Origin: Blasia pusilla
Lineage: Eukaryota
Direction: 5' to 3'
NCBI GenBank assembly: GCA_050084515.1
Contig: CM114271.1
Location: 7,254,001 to 7,318,000, forward strand
DNA: 64,000 nucleotides
The notes under the pieces are model-generated. The model did no database searches. It saw nothing but the letters and a program-made list of their open reading frames with translations, and was not told where the DNA came from. The translations under genes were made by a program, and so were the position numbers. How positions within the stretch are numbered: the first letter of the stretch is position 1; every line of letters starts with the position of its first letter. Shown one piece after another: positions 41,352 through 53,699 of the stretch.

Positions 41352-44300
41352 TTATACTGCCACTACAGGGAACCACATTTCCTGGTTTATTAGCGGTACT
41401 TTCATGTGAACAGGAGCACTTTCATGTGAACCAGACAGAAGGCACGTTTCGACCACTGCCAAGTCTCGCAATGCTTCTAGTGGTGAGCCTCGCCAGTCTG
41501 ATACAGCTCCACCCTGGACCCATAAGATGACAAACCGTGTCAGAAACGTTTTCAGAGTAAATCATCTCACCAAAATCTACTACATAACATACCATTATAT
41601 GGCTCATTTGATCGATGTTGTACTACTCTGTTAACGCACCAAAATCCTCAACATAAGATTGGCAAACAGCTCCTAAGCGGATAGTTCCCTAGTCTACTGC
41701 CGTGCATGAAAAGGTGGCTTCTCCAGCCTTTCTGCCGACTTTTTTGGGCATTCAAGTTCAACTTAGTATACTAGGCAAAAGATGAGTTGCTACATGCCTT
41801 TAGCTGTCTGTGTTGTATATCCATTGCAAAAGTTTTCAGTTCTTCCTGCAAACCCATCAACGGGTAAAATTGTAAAGTTTCCTTTCCCACCAAAGGCACC
41901 AAAGTCACCTGCATATGGGCCAACAAGTACACGATTTGATCACATATGAATGACACAATACAAAGTGCCCCATACCTTGACTCGTTTGGATGAACAATAC
42001 ATGCCTTTTTTGTCATCACAATTTTCTCTGGACCCGTCTTAGTGAGAGCCTTAAAGTTCAAGATACCATGACAACTTCCTGACTGTGTGATTCACATCTT
42101 CATCTTAAGAGAGTTCCACCAAAAGCTTCCACCTCAAGGACACATTTCTTTTAAAATAATCATTTGTTAGTGACGTTCATGAACCCCTCTTTGATATCCT
42201 ACTGTTACAAGAAATGCAGCTTAGTAAAGTCCTTTTCATAAAATGGAGCGCCAATAGCTGCTGCTTCATCACAACCGAAGCAAAAGGGTTTAGGTAATCA
42301 CAGTGTAGCCCAGCATGCCCTCCCAAAATCCCCTCTCCACTTGAACTGTACCTTTTGAGCACACCACGCGCCAAGTAGCCTGAATACAGGACATTGCAAG
42401 GAACACCAACATCAAATGGAGTATCTACTGGTATTTGAACCAGTATTCCATGAGCCTCATACCGATGTACACTCCAAGAATTACCATAAAACCAGTGTGC
42501 GGCCTTGAGAGGGTTGGGGGGAGAAAGTAATTAGTAACACGTTTGGAGGACATGTGGATAGCTTATATGATGAGAAAAAAGAACGAGTACCTGTAGGGGC
42601 CGTAACAAGTCGTTTAGCATTCTATGGACATTCACAAAGCGTGCATCGCCTCATGGCCCAGGTATATTCATATATGATCACATCATGCCTTTGTGTGTTG
42701 GTAAAGTTTTTAGCTGGCCAACATGGGATTTCATAGGTATGGGCTCTACATTCTTGGTAGGAAGGCATTTGTGATGGCCTGGCTTCTCTTCCACATAAGC
42801 TTTTAGAATCCAAGAAGTGTAGCTCATAGCAAAGATACATGCACAGAATTGACTCAACAGTATGGTAGGGATGCGATCATCATTAGTTCAAGTAACTCAC
42901 AGCAATATCTGAGACCTTTTCTGTGATGGGCATCAGAGACTAATGGAGAAATTCAGGATGCAAGCATTTTTAAGTTTTGTGAAATACTCCTGTGGCAATA
43001 TCCTTTAGAAGGAAAGAAGATTCTAAGGACTTGCTTACTCACCTTGTTGTTGGAAGAGGAATACGTGATGACCATGACACCTGAGCACCCGTTATCAAAG
43101 GATCTGCACAGATGAAAGTCACTGTCAAATTTTGCTCAAGCTGTAACAAGATGTAAGGCATAGCTACTCAACATAGCTACTCAACTTGGAGGATCTGCAT
43201 AGAATGAAGTCTTTCATACATCAAAAGTCTATAACTTCGAGCAAGCTCAAACCATATAGAACTCATAGCAACTCTACTAAGAGTACAAAACCCTGCCGTG
43301 TCCGGCAAAGTCTACCAACTCTTGGAAAAATAGGAAGAATTCTGATATATACCATAGGAAAGGATTCAGGAATAACCTCAAATGGGTAACACGTCAATTC
43401 CATCTATTTTCAACAAATTTCATCTTTGTTTTTTTTCTTAGGTGTAGCAGAATTGATCATCACCCATCACTTACAAGAGTGCAGTCAAGGTGTCTGGGGA
43501 TGGCACATTTGGATCTCTTTGTGTTGCAATACTTGAGACTGATACAATATTGGTGTCTCCGACCTACAGTGTTCACTTTATCTCTTAGTAAGCTCTTACA
43601 ATATCCCTGAGAATACGCAGACCTAGACTACTCTAAGTACAATGCCAACGTGTAATATCATCATACTATCCTCTCAGTCCAAAGCATGTGACACTTCCAG
43701 CTTCGAGTCATCCCTTCCAAATAAAATAGCCATTGTGAGTACTTCTGATAGACAATGCCAAACGTGGACTACTGCACTCTTTTCAACTTAATTAAAACAT
43801 GGAAGAGTGAGATCTGCAAATCATTGCTTGGAAATCAGACTGTTAAAAGTAGCCATGTGCTTGGAGTTGCCCAATACAAAGCTGGGGTCTAAAGCGGTGG
43901 TAGTGTCAAATGCAATTCTCGTGACAAATATGACCAGGACATCAAAATATCTTCCAGGTTTGTGATGAGTCCCAGGGTAGTAAAAGATAAACTTGAAATA
44001 GTGCGTACCATCGTCCGAAGGCCAGCTACAAAGTGGACACCACAGTCGGTGATGAAGGCACCCTGCATTGGACACACCGAATGTTAGTCCGCATTCAGAA
44101 GCCCAATGCCTGATCAGCGCACCTGCCAAATTTCTATGTTGCCCTGATCCCACATTCATCCTCGCCCCCATTCATATCGAGATGAAATCATACCACTACT
44201 CTTAAAACACCCGTGAGTTCCACGGATCTTACATGATGAGTATGGAGTAGAATATCAAACACAGGGCAAGTAGCATTCTCGGTTGTTTATCTGCACTTTA

Positions 44301-47286
44301 TCTTGCTTAACTTTCCCTTACAGTTGGGAGAAAAGTGGATACTTTCTGTTGGGGGCAACTCCAAAGTCCTAAGGGTTCCACCAAACAAACATCCAAAGTT
44401 TAAGTTGCTCAAAAGATAACCTTCAGAGAAGGATCTCGTCGCCATTCACTCAAGAAGTATTTGTTAGAAGAGTTCATCGGTACTTCAATCACCACCTGAG
44501 CAACGATCATTGTCCCTAACTCCTTGATCATCTCCTGAGCCTGTTCAAGAAGGACAGATCAATAGAAGTTACATCCACACGAATCGCTCACATATTGCTC
44601 ATAAAGGCTTAGTTTGCACAGCTGAATAAATCCAAGAGCTATGTGGTACCAAACTATCCTTGAAAAATATTTTAAAACAAGGATTGCTTGTTGACTTTCC
44701 CTTCACAAGCCTTTTTGGAAAAATCCAAAGACTAGGAAGATATGCTGAATTCAATGCGGAGAGTGGGAGGTAAACCTTTTGAAATGCTGGTTCAAATCTG
44801 AAGTTTTCAGCTACTGTCCAGATGGGCATTGGATTTTTACCCACAAATTGGATTACAGAAGTTTGTAAAGTTTCAATCCCCTCACTCAGTGCTGTACAAA
44901 CCACGTTAGGGATGAGTAGCAGAATGGTGGCGAAATGCACTCATGATTATGCTCTCAGCATAGACTAACAAATAAGTGAAAACATTTACCCTCTTGAGAT
45001 TGAGAGGCCTGCTCGTTCTGCAATTCTGATCATTCCCATCATCTACATACTTGACTAAAATGTATACTGTGGAGTCAACAACTCTACTTATCAAGTCATT
45101 AAGCTAAAAGTCGAACGTTTCATAGACTCTCGACAGTAGTATCCTGTAGCCATCACAACTCAAAAACCTGACAAATGAAAGAGAATGCAGCAGCTACTCA
45201 ATATGTAAGCTCAACTCGTTCCCTTGCTCTCTTCCGCATCAAATAGCGGTCCAACTTAACGTACTTCCGGCGATGGGTTTCTCTGCATGACATATCGCGG
45301 AGAAACTTTGAGCATCAAAACTCTCTTAATCTGGACGTACGTAGGCATATTATAAGTGAAAGTTTCTTATCATACTACCTTCACAACGAAAGCTAAAACG
45401 TAGGGACGTTAATCTACCCTCATAACTTCACGGAGACTAGAGTTACCACCATTTGTATCCAAGATTGAGATACACAAACTCAAGCAGACATTATTTGCCA
45501 CATCCACGTAGAGACTGTCATTGGAAACTACCGTCACTCAGAGTTTCAGATTCTCTGGGAGACTCGAACGACACAGCAAATCCCCCCCTCAGTAACCACA
45601 TGATAATCATGGAATCTGTTCCTCTGATAGTACATCACAAATACTTGAAGAAGCATGGAAAGTTGAGGAGAGGACCGTAAGTCTATAATCTTAACCATGC
45701 TCTATTCTAGATGCCAATAAGAACAAGTATCAACGACTGAAATCTTTGATCCCCATGAGCATAAGAAGGAAAGTTTTGAATCACTAGCTATGAACTCGGG
45801 AGAGTTTTTGGGCACCTTGAAGTACATGCTTCCCCGCGCAGAGGGCCCTCAGCACAATCTTGGGCTACCAGCACACGCGAACATTTCACGCCATCATCAG
45901 TGATACCCTTGGGAGTACAAGTTCTGCCTACTTTAGTCGACAGATAAATTTCTATCACTGCTGACTGGCACATAAATCTGAACCTGCAACCAGTACAATC
46001 GTGTCCAACTTCTCTCCACAACTAGGAAAACAAAATTGAACGAACTTCCTCCTTCCCTGATAGTCACCCAGCTTAGTCCACGAAAGGCCACAAAAACGAG
46101 TGCTCGGTCAACACAATCTGATCCGAAAATATGGTGTTTCGGAATCAAAGTCGAACTCTGACGGCAAAGATAAAGAGAATGTATACACCTGAACACGAAT
46201 TGGCAGCACAATTGCGCAGCATTGTACTCGAGGAGATGCCAGGATACGCTCCAAACCGTCCTCTCCCCATTCTGCTTCAACCCCGGGGGAGAACTTCGCC
46301 AATTTTCCTTGCAAATGCTTTGCAGCAGCCTAACTCATCACCGCCACTACAAAACTTAAGCCTCAATAAAGTTTTACTTCTCATACCTGGTCAAGAGCAA
46401 ATCTACTACTTTTGGTGACAATGCCAACGATTCCTGAAGTCACAATTTGAGCAAGCGTCTGTGTAAATTTTGAATGACAGTGATTACAGTTAAAAGAACT
46501 CGTTTCTCAAATCGCCCGCTGGAGGTGGATGGGACGTACTCTATTCCACTAAAACCCTCCTCTCCTAAGCTCGGTGGGTGACCATCGTCAGAACACAAAT
46601 TTGTAATCCGCTTTGTCAGTGATCGTCAGCGACAAAGAGGCAATGATGCCGTGGACAAACTTCTGTAGCTCAGACGTGGCCGCAGGCATTGGGGAGTTAC
46701 ATGGAGACATTACACTCAGGCTACGAATCTTGTGGTGATTGAATGAATGAAGTATTGGTCGACTCCCAATTTCCAGAAAAAGCACGAAGCGCGAAGCGCG
46801 AGGAAACTGATAACGAAATTTGTGATCGCAGTACATTGGCGACAAGTACGATTTAACGTCCTCTATCACAGACTCGGCACACCAGAACGAGAGCGCGCAG
46901 ACCTCAGATCTACCACGGACGACGCCTAATACTCATATCACTGAGCGGCGACTGGATCGGACGTCCTAACGATTGGCAAATTCAGAAGCGATCTCTTGTC
47001 GATAGACAGTAAGTAATGCAGACCCTGCCATTGGGCCTTCCGTGAGCTCCAGCAATCCTACTTTCTCGAAATCAGACAGAAAGAAACAATCAGCAGCTCT
47101 TGTTGCATTTCCGGCTGCTAAACAATCGAGGAACGCGAGGGGGAGGGACCATACCTCCGATCTACTCCAGACGACGCCCACAGTGAGAACCGATTGTAGA
47201 TCCTTGAGAATGGGGGCGTAGGCATCTCGTGCAAAGATCCCGGACCCCAACAGCGCCAATACAGGGGCAGGCGCAAGCGAAGCCAT
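41352..47286 (-). CDS. Gfo/Idh/MocA-family NAD(P)-binding oxidoreductase, multi-exon (3' end approximate)
   Basis: Exon peptides: LALLGSGIFARDAY (47155-47286), AEWGEDGLERIL, AGKHVLQ, WTVAENFRFEPAF, FITDCGVHFVAGLR, FDNGCSGVMV, WRVVCSKGTVQVERG, GLQEELKTFA, SPLEALRDLAVVE. Confidence 0.8.
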
Positions 47287-48341
47287 CCTCCTTTTACTTC
47301 CCGATTGTGTGCTCTCTGCTTCCTCTTCCACAACCCCACAGTTCTCAAACCATAGATTGAGTGAATCAAACTTGCAAATCCTCTCTCCTTCTTTACCGCT
47401 TTCGATGAGGTGTTGAATAAATTGTCGATGAGGGATTTTCGGGCCAATTCTCGTTTTGTAGTCTTTGATACGGGATTTGATGAGTCAACTGAATCGACAA
47501 GAACTCAGCGGACTTTAATTAGTCACGTTCGAGCTGATGTTGTCTACTGGACAAGCGATAATGTATGCGCGCTATTTTCTTTAATTCATGATTTATACAT
47601 GTATGAACTTTTCGTTGAGAAAGACGATTCAGTTGGTTTCGGAGAAACTGACGATGGCATTTTCGTAAATGAGAATGGTTGAAAAAAAAAAGGTTTCTTA
47701 CATTTCATGCCTCTACTTTAACGGATTTACCGGTTTTGCTTTTCCTTTCTCGTCTTAAATGTTGTGGTCACCATATTTCTCGACAAACAATGACAAGATC
47801 GGACATAAGACATCTAACCGTGAAACGCTAAGAACTCGGGGCAAAGACTCGTGCGAAGTGGAGTGAAAAGACAAGACTACCGTGGCAGTCACCTTCACTT
47901 CCTACCCTAGCAGCGAGGAGGTAAGAGCTATGATGATCACAAGCAATGACATGAAGGTTTTTGCATGCTCAATAAAAGTGGAGTCATTCACATAGTTTGG
48001 ACACAGGTTTATGCCCCCATGAGACCCTACACCCTACACAAGTGGTACTTACTATTTTTACCTAGGCAGCAAGAAAATAATTTTTTTATTATGGATAGCA
48101 GGTAAAAAGATTGAATTTGTCTTATGCATGGTATTGGATGTACACTAGTTCTTTTAAACAGTAGTAAGATATTCACTCAAAGCATGGAATGTTTGGAGAT
48201 GCATGTCATGCGCATACACATCGTTAAACAACATAGATCGCTGATCACATCCACACCACACAATACCGATCTTCCCCACACACAAGTAGATACACACATG
48301 TTCAGAAATCAACTCATACATATACATAGAGATCACACAAC

Positions 48342-48821
48342 AAAAATAGAAAGTAATAAAAACGGCACACCCGGCCTAAAACTCCACTCCTCAATCTACA
48401 TCGACATATCGAGCCTCATCCACCCTGCGCTATCAAAGAATCCGGACGTTAGCACCCTAGTCCTATCTCACACACATAAAAGAGAGGTGCTCCAACGGCC
48501 CAACATGAGAAAGATGGCGTGGGAAAGCCATCTTCCTCCCTTATATAGGGTTGGGTAGAGCCAAAAGGCTCTTCCCCTAAAAATAGCTATTCTCTTGGTA
48601 ACCTGCGCGCACAGGTTACCAAGGGTGGGTGACCTACTGAACAAGTCATCCGGCTATGAAAGACCTCAACAAGAAAGTTGTCAGAAATGATGTTCCTGAC
48701 ACAACAGACCTATCCTCAACCTCATCCGACACCGCGGGACAAAGTTACACTCAAGAAAGTCCGCTAGCTCCTATGCCCTATCCACTATAGATCTCGGCCT
48801 ATCGGTTACTCAGATGTGACA
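48342..48821 (-). repeat. E3 long repeat X (3' copy, 480 bp)
   Basis: Collinear with 56863-57342. Confidence 0.9.
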
Positions 48822-48823
48822 GC

Positions 48824-48962
48824 TGTCGTGCGCATATATATCGCTTTACAACATACATCGTTGGTCACATCCACACCACACAACACTGATCTTTCCCCAC
48901 AGACGGGTAGATTCACACATGTATAGAAATCAACTCATACATATACATGGATATCACACAAC
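48824..48962 (-). repeat. E3 short repeat Y (internal copy)
   Basis: Matches 48204-48341; followed by CGCCCCCTAG. Confidence 0.9.
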
Positions 48963-49042
48963 CGCCCCCTAGCTGGCAGTTGGATCCCCCTAACTCCAGA
49001 TAGAAAATATCACATCTCCCTTATATGACCTATTACCCTATA

Positions 49043-49180
49043 CACATCTCGGACACGTCCATCATCTCGTGGGAACTATATCAAGAAGGGGGGTCAGACA
49101 TGACATATGCCACCCCCGAGAACAACCGTCACATACCAACATGGTGGCTGCATCCGTCGCAGATCCGTACAACATACACC
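49043..49180 (-). pseudogene. E3 PHD finger
   Basis: RCMLYGS...MLVCDGCSRGWHMSCLTPLL...WTCPRC. Confidence 0.8.
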
Positions 49181-49239
49181 TCAAGCTTGTAGTTACCACT
49201 GCCAAGCTCGGATCCACTGTCCCGTCCATGTTCGGAACA

Positions 49240-52100
49240 TGACATGGTGCACAATTGCGCACATGATCCTTCCAAAGTATACCATCCCATCCCTCCAACA
49301 TGAGGACTCGGGTCTGTAATACCTCACGCACACGTAGGATCGTGTGCCCCGCATCTAGCATTGTGGGTGCCGCCTGCTCTAAATACACGTAATCTCCATG
49401 ATGAAACCTCCTAATCGTTGGACGATAACTTCCTCCACGAATGGTCGCGTACCTCAATATATCTCTATGTTTAGCAATAGCTAAGTTCTCAAAGGCCATA
49501 GGCATAACTCTACAAAAAATCCCCGCCCTCTAAGAACACGCTTGTACCCACATAGCTAGATCATCAAGATCTAACACCTCCACCATGTCACGTCGAATAG
49601 CGGCAGGTAAATCTGGCTCTCTCCCAAAGAGCAAAAAGTACGGTGAAAATGACACTAAGGATGCGTACCGACTAAAGCGATAATCCATAGCCAACCATGG
49701 CAACTGTAGGTCCCACACCCTCAATTGTCCCCGCTGCAAGCCATACTTGCACAATCCTCTCTTCATCGTCTGTACTACTCTCTCCGCCAACCCATCCGCC
49801 TCAAGATGATCTCTGGACGTGATGTGATCTATCAGCGCCTGATCACACAAGGCCTGAAACTCTCCTCTGAACTCGGTACCTTGGTGAGTCAACACCTCCG
49901 TCGGTGCACCAAAGTGACTAAGCACACAATCTAGAAACGCATAAGTTGTTCCCTCGCTCGCCTTGTCCGGTAGTGCCACCAACTCTATCCACTTTGGAGA
50001 AATGCTCCACCATGACCAACACGTATCTGTGATGACACCCCGTCAATGGCAAAGGTTCCGCAAAGTCTAAACTCCACCGATAACCTTAACCCATAATCGA
50101 AAAAGGATGTGACTACAGAGTGGAAGCATTGAAGGATGCTCACACTCTGTCGCATACCATACATTTGGCCACAAACTGCTGTACCCCAATATGAATGCCG
50201 CGCCACCAGTACTGAACCTGGAGTAAGTTGTAAGTACGCTTTACTCCAAAATGCCCCAACTCCTCATAGGCATGTCGCACTACAGGTGCTCGCTGGGAAT
50301 GATGAGGTACCACTCGTATCCTACCATCTCCCCATACCCGCAAAATATGAGTCCCCTCCCACATGAACCTCTTGGTTCTGTGTAGGATCCGATCCTGCTC
50401 CCTAGCACTTATTATGCTCGCTATGACGCCAGTGCGCAAGAACTCCACAACCTCCATGTCGTCATGGATATCACGACCACCTGTCGCCTCCTCATTGACC
50501 TCCGGATCCAAAGACTCATCATCCGATCCCACCACTGGAGTCATCACCTGTGGCTGACCTACCATAGTCAACCAACAAAGATAGGCAGATGCATGCCAAT
50601 CGGGCACCATCTCCTCATCACTCTCTCCGTGCCATCGAGCTCTTGTGTTGTCTCTCTGACTCGGATATGGGTTACGACTCAACTCATCTGCATCCTAGTT
50701 CATCCGATCTGGCCTGTGAACCATCTCAAAATCATACTCTTGTAGTAATAGAGCCTACATGGCAAGCTTTCCCGTAAGCTTTTCGGACTCCATTAACCAC
50801 CTCAACGGTTGATGATCAATAATAAGTGTGAAAGGGTTGCCAAATAAATAGCACCTGAAATGTGCCATAGCCCACACTACAACCAAGCACTCCCCCTCGT
50901 AGGAATTATACTTTGCCTTTGCAATGTTGTTCGATCGGCTCGCGTAAGCCACAACGAACTCCCTCTCCTCTTCATCCCTCTGAGTAAGCACTGCTCCTAG
51001 ACCCAACATGCTCCAATCCGTATGTAAGAAGAATCGGAGATCCCTAACTGATCTCTCTAAAATGGGTGAGAACATCAACATGTCCTTGAGCTCTTGAAAT
51101 GCTCGCTCCTGATCATCTCCCCATAACCAAACCTGATCAAGTCTCATCAACAAGGTCAAAGACTACGCGATCACACTAAAACCCTTGACATACCGTCAAT
51201 AGAAGTTCGCCAGTCCAAGAAATGCTCGGACTCGACTCACATCTGAAGCGGGTGAAATCTGCGGATAGCCTCCACCTTCGTCTACTGAACACCTAACCCA
51301 ATCAGGTATATGGTGTGTCCCAAGTACTCAATTTGCTCCTGAAAGAATCTGCACTTGCTTGAATGTAACTTCAATCCATGTAACTGCAATTTCTGAAACA
51401 CCTCATTCAAGTGTCGCTCATGCTCCTCAATCGTGGAACTGAAGATAAGAATATCATCTATGTAACATTGTATAAAATCCAAGCTAGCCAGAATCCTATC
51501 CATCACTCTCTGAAACTCCGCACGCGCGTTCTTCAACCCAAATGGTAAGAATCGCCACTGATACAAGCAATCTCTCCCAAACCAATCTATCCCCCAAAAT
51601 GTTGTCTTCTCCCTGTCCTCCAACCTGATAGGAAGCTGATTATAGCCAACACGCAGATCTAAAGTACTGAAGATGTTTACATGGCCTACCACATCAAAGA
51701 TCTCCCCAGGAGTAGGCATGGCGTACCGATCTGACCTCATTTGTCAATTGATAGGATGGTAATCTCCACACAACCGCCTATCCGTCCAATTGCCATACAT
51801 ATCCTTCTTCGCCGACATGACTATGGCAGATGCATACTCCCCATATGATAACTCCACAAGTTCTGCCTCCAACAAGTCCTAACTCCTGCTCTGAATCAAG
51901 GCTTTCTCCATATCATAATACTTGTAGGATCGACGAAAGATCAACCTATCACTAGCCAACTCAATCCGTATCTCGGGACCCTTCACCGTACCCAAATCTC
52001 TCATACTGAAGGCAAAACAACTGACATGCCCTCTTAGAAACATGTGAACTCCCCGTCGCTCTCCTCCTATCAACTTGAGATATATCACAGGCTCCCAAGT
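49240..52100 (-). pseudogene. E3 RT-RNase H-integrase (stops/frameshifts)
   Basis: YIDD, LPFGLKN, TDWSMLGLGAVL, GHFGVKRTY, EVLTHQGTEF, DGLAERVVQTMK. Confidence 0.9.
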
Positions 52101-52419
52101 CTCCATTGTGCCCTCACTCGGAGAGGATGCAACCTCCCGCTTTGGTTGCTATGTAGCAACCCTAGCCACCTCCGCAACAGCCACTCCACTCTAGCCTCCT
52201 ACACCATGCTCCACATCCAAAAAATGAACATGTGCTGCTCTTGCTGCCTTCACACTCTCCCCTCGAACGACATCCCATAAAGTCCATGGGTGCCTATCTC
52301 TCCTGTCCCACCCCCATCCAATACCTGTACAGACCCTATAGGCAATGCTCCAACTCGGGAACGTGACGGCATGGATGACACTCGCATCCGTCTCTGCTCA
52401 GCCATACCTACGCTGACTA

Positions 52420-53350
52420 TCCATGTGAGACAGTTGAGGTCCATCGCTTGCCCCAACACCTCTCTCCGGGATGCCTCAGTCATACCTGGCACACCCGTAG
52501 TACCCGTAGCGAACCCCATGGCACGCTCACGCTCATCCGCTATATGCTCCTCCAATGCTCGGATCACCTCATCCCAAATCATATGTGGCCCTCCTTGACG
52601 AGAGGCATGGGATGTTGGGAATCTCACCAACATAGGTAAAGTTGCCCTCAACTCCCCCACCCTATTGGCCATCACCAACGGTGGTCTATCATCTCGTGTC
52701 ACCACCTGAGATTGACGCCCTGAACCCAAAATAGCATCCACTGTGAGATGTGGTGCTCTCTGGACTCCATCGTATGCTCGACTCAATACCTTTGATGGTA
52801 TCAGGTTCGTCCACCACAGTCGTGGACGATGGGCGTGTGATCCAACTCTCTTTGCATCTAAGAACACAATAGGTCCCAACCAAGACCTCACCTGATGCAC
52901 ACTAGTTATCACACGTGCACGAGTATCTCCCAACAATGGCACGTTCTCCAAAATGTACGCCGAAGAACATGTCTGACTCTCCTGCAAGTGTCGTACTAGC
53001 ATCTCCCAAAATATCCCTGACCTCAGATCCTGCAATCCAAACCCTCGTCCAGCTAATGAATGACCTTGACATGGCCATCCCGGAATCACCAAATGAATGG
53101 TGCCAACTCTATCTAGATCATGCGTCCCCACCAAAGAGATGTCGGCGGGTAGTGTATGCCGAAATCCCTGTACTGTAAATACCGGCAACAACTCAGGATA
53201 CCTCTGGACCAATCTTGCCACATAACGTAATGATACTCGCCATGCGGTCTCATCTTTCTCCACATAAAGATATTAATGCACCCGTATGCCCGCCTACAAT
53301 ACTGCAGCCAATCCGGTGCTAATCCCTCCGAAGAGATCTAACACCCGAAC
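52420..53350 (-). pseudogene. E3 C5-cytosine DNA methyltransferase domain, DNMT3-like (largely one 337-aa ORF)
   Basis: LDLFGGISTG upstream; LVIPGWPCQGH, YILENVP, AHRPRLWWTNL, ERERAMGF, RREVLGQAMDL. Confidence 0.9.
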
Positions 53351-53699
53351 ACCCTCCTCTCAACACTATCACACAACACTGTGGTATCCAGTGGGGTCAA
53401 CGTCTCCACTCTAGGAGCCCGATCGCCACCTGACTCTCGCTGCTCCGAGATAAAGGCATGACTCCATGCCTGCCTCACGAGATTGTCGGCACTCTTGTGT
53501 AGCTCTTGAGTCGTATCCCACAATGGTGAAGAGGTCTCGCCAACATGGGAAGAGACACCCGCCATGGCCTGTCTCTCGGTGGGACTATCCGCTACTAGGA
53601 CATCCTCCGTATGTGCATTCCCCTCCAACCACTCTCTTGGCCAACTAAAACTACCTGTGAAAGCTACCAACGTGGTCACAGACTCGTCTCGTGCTCAAC

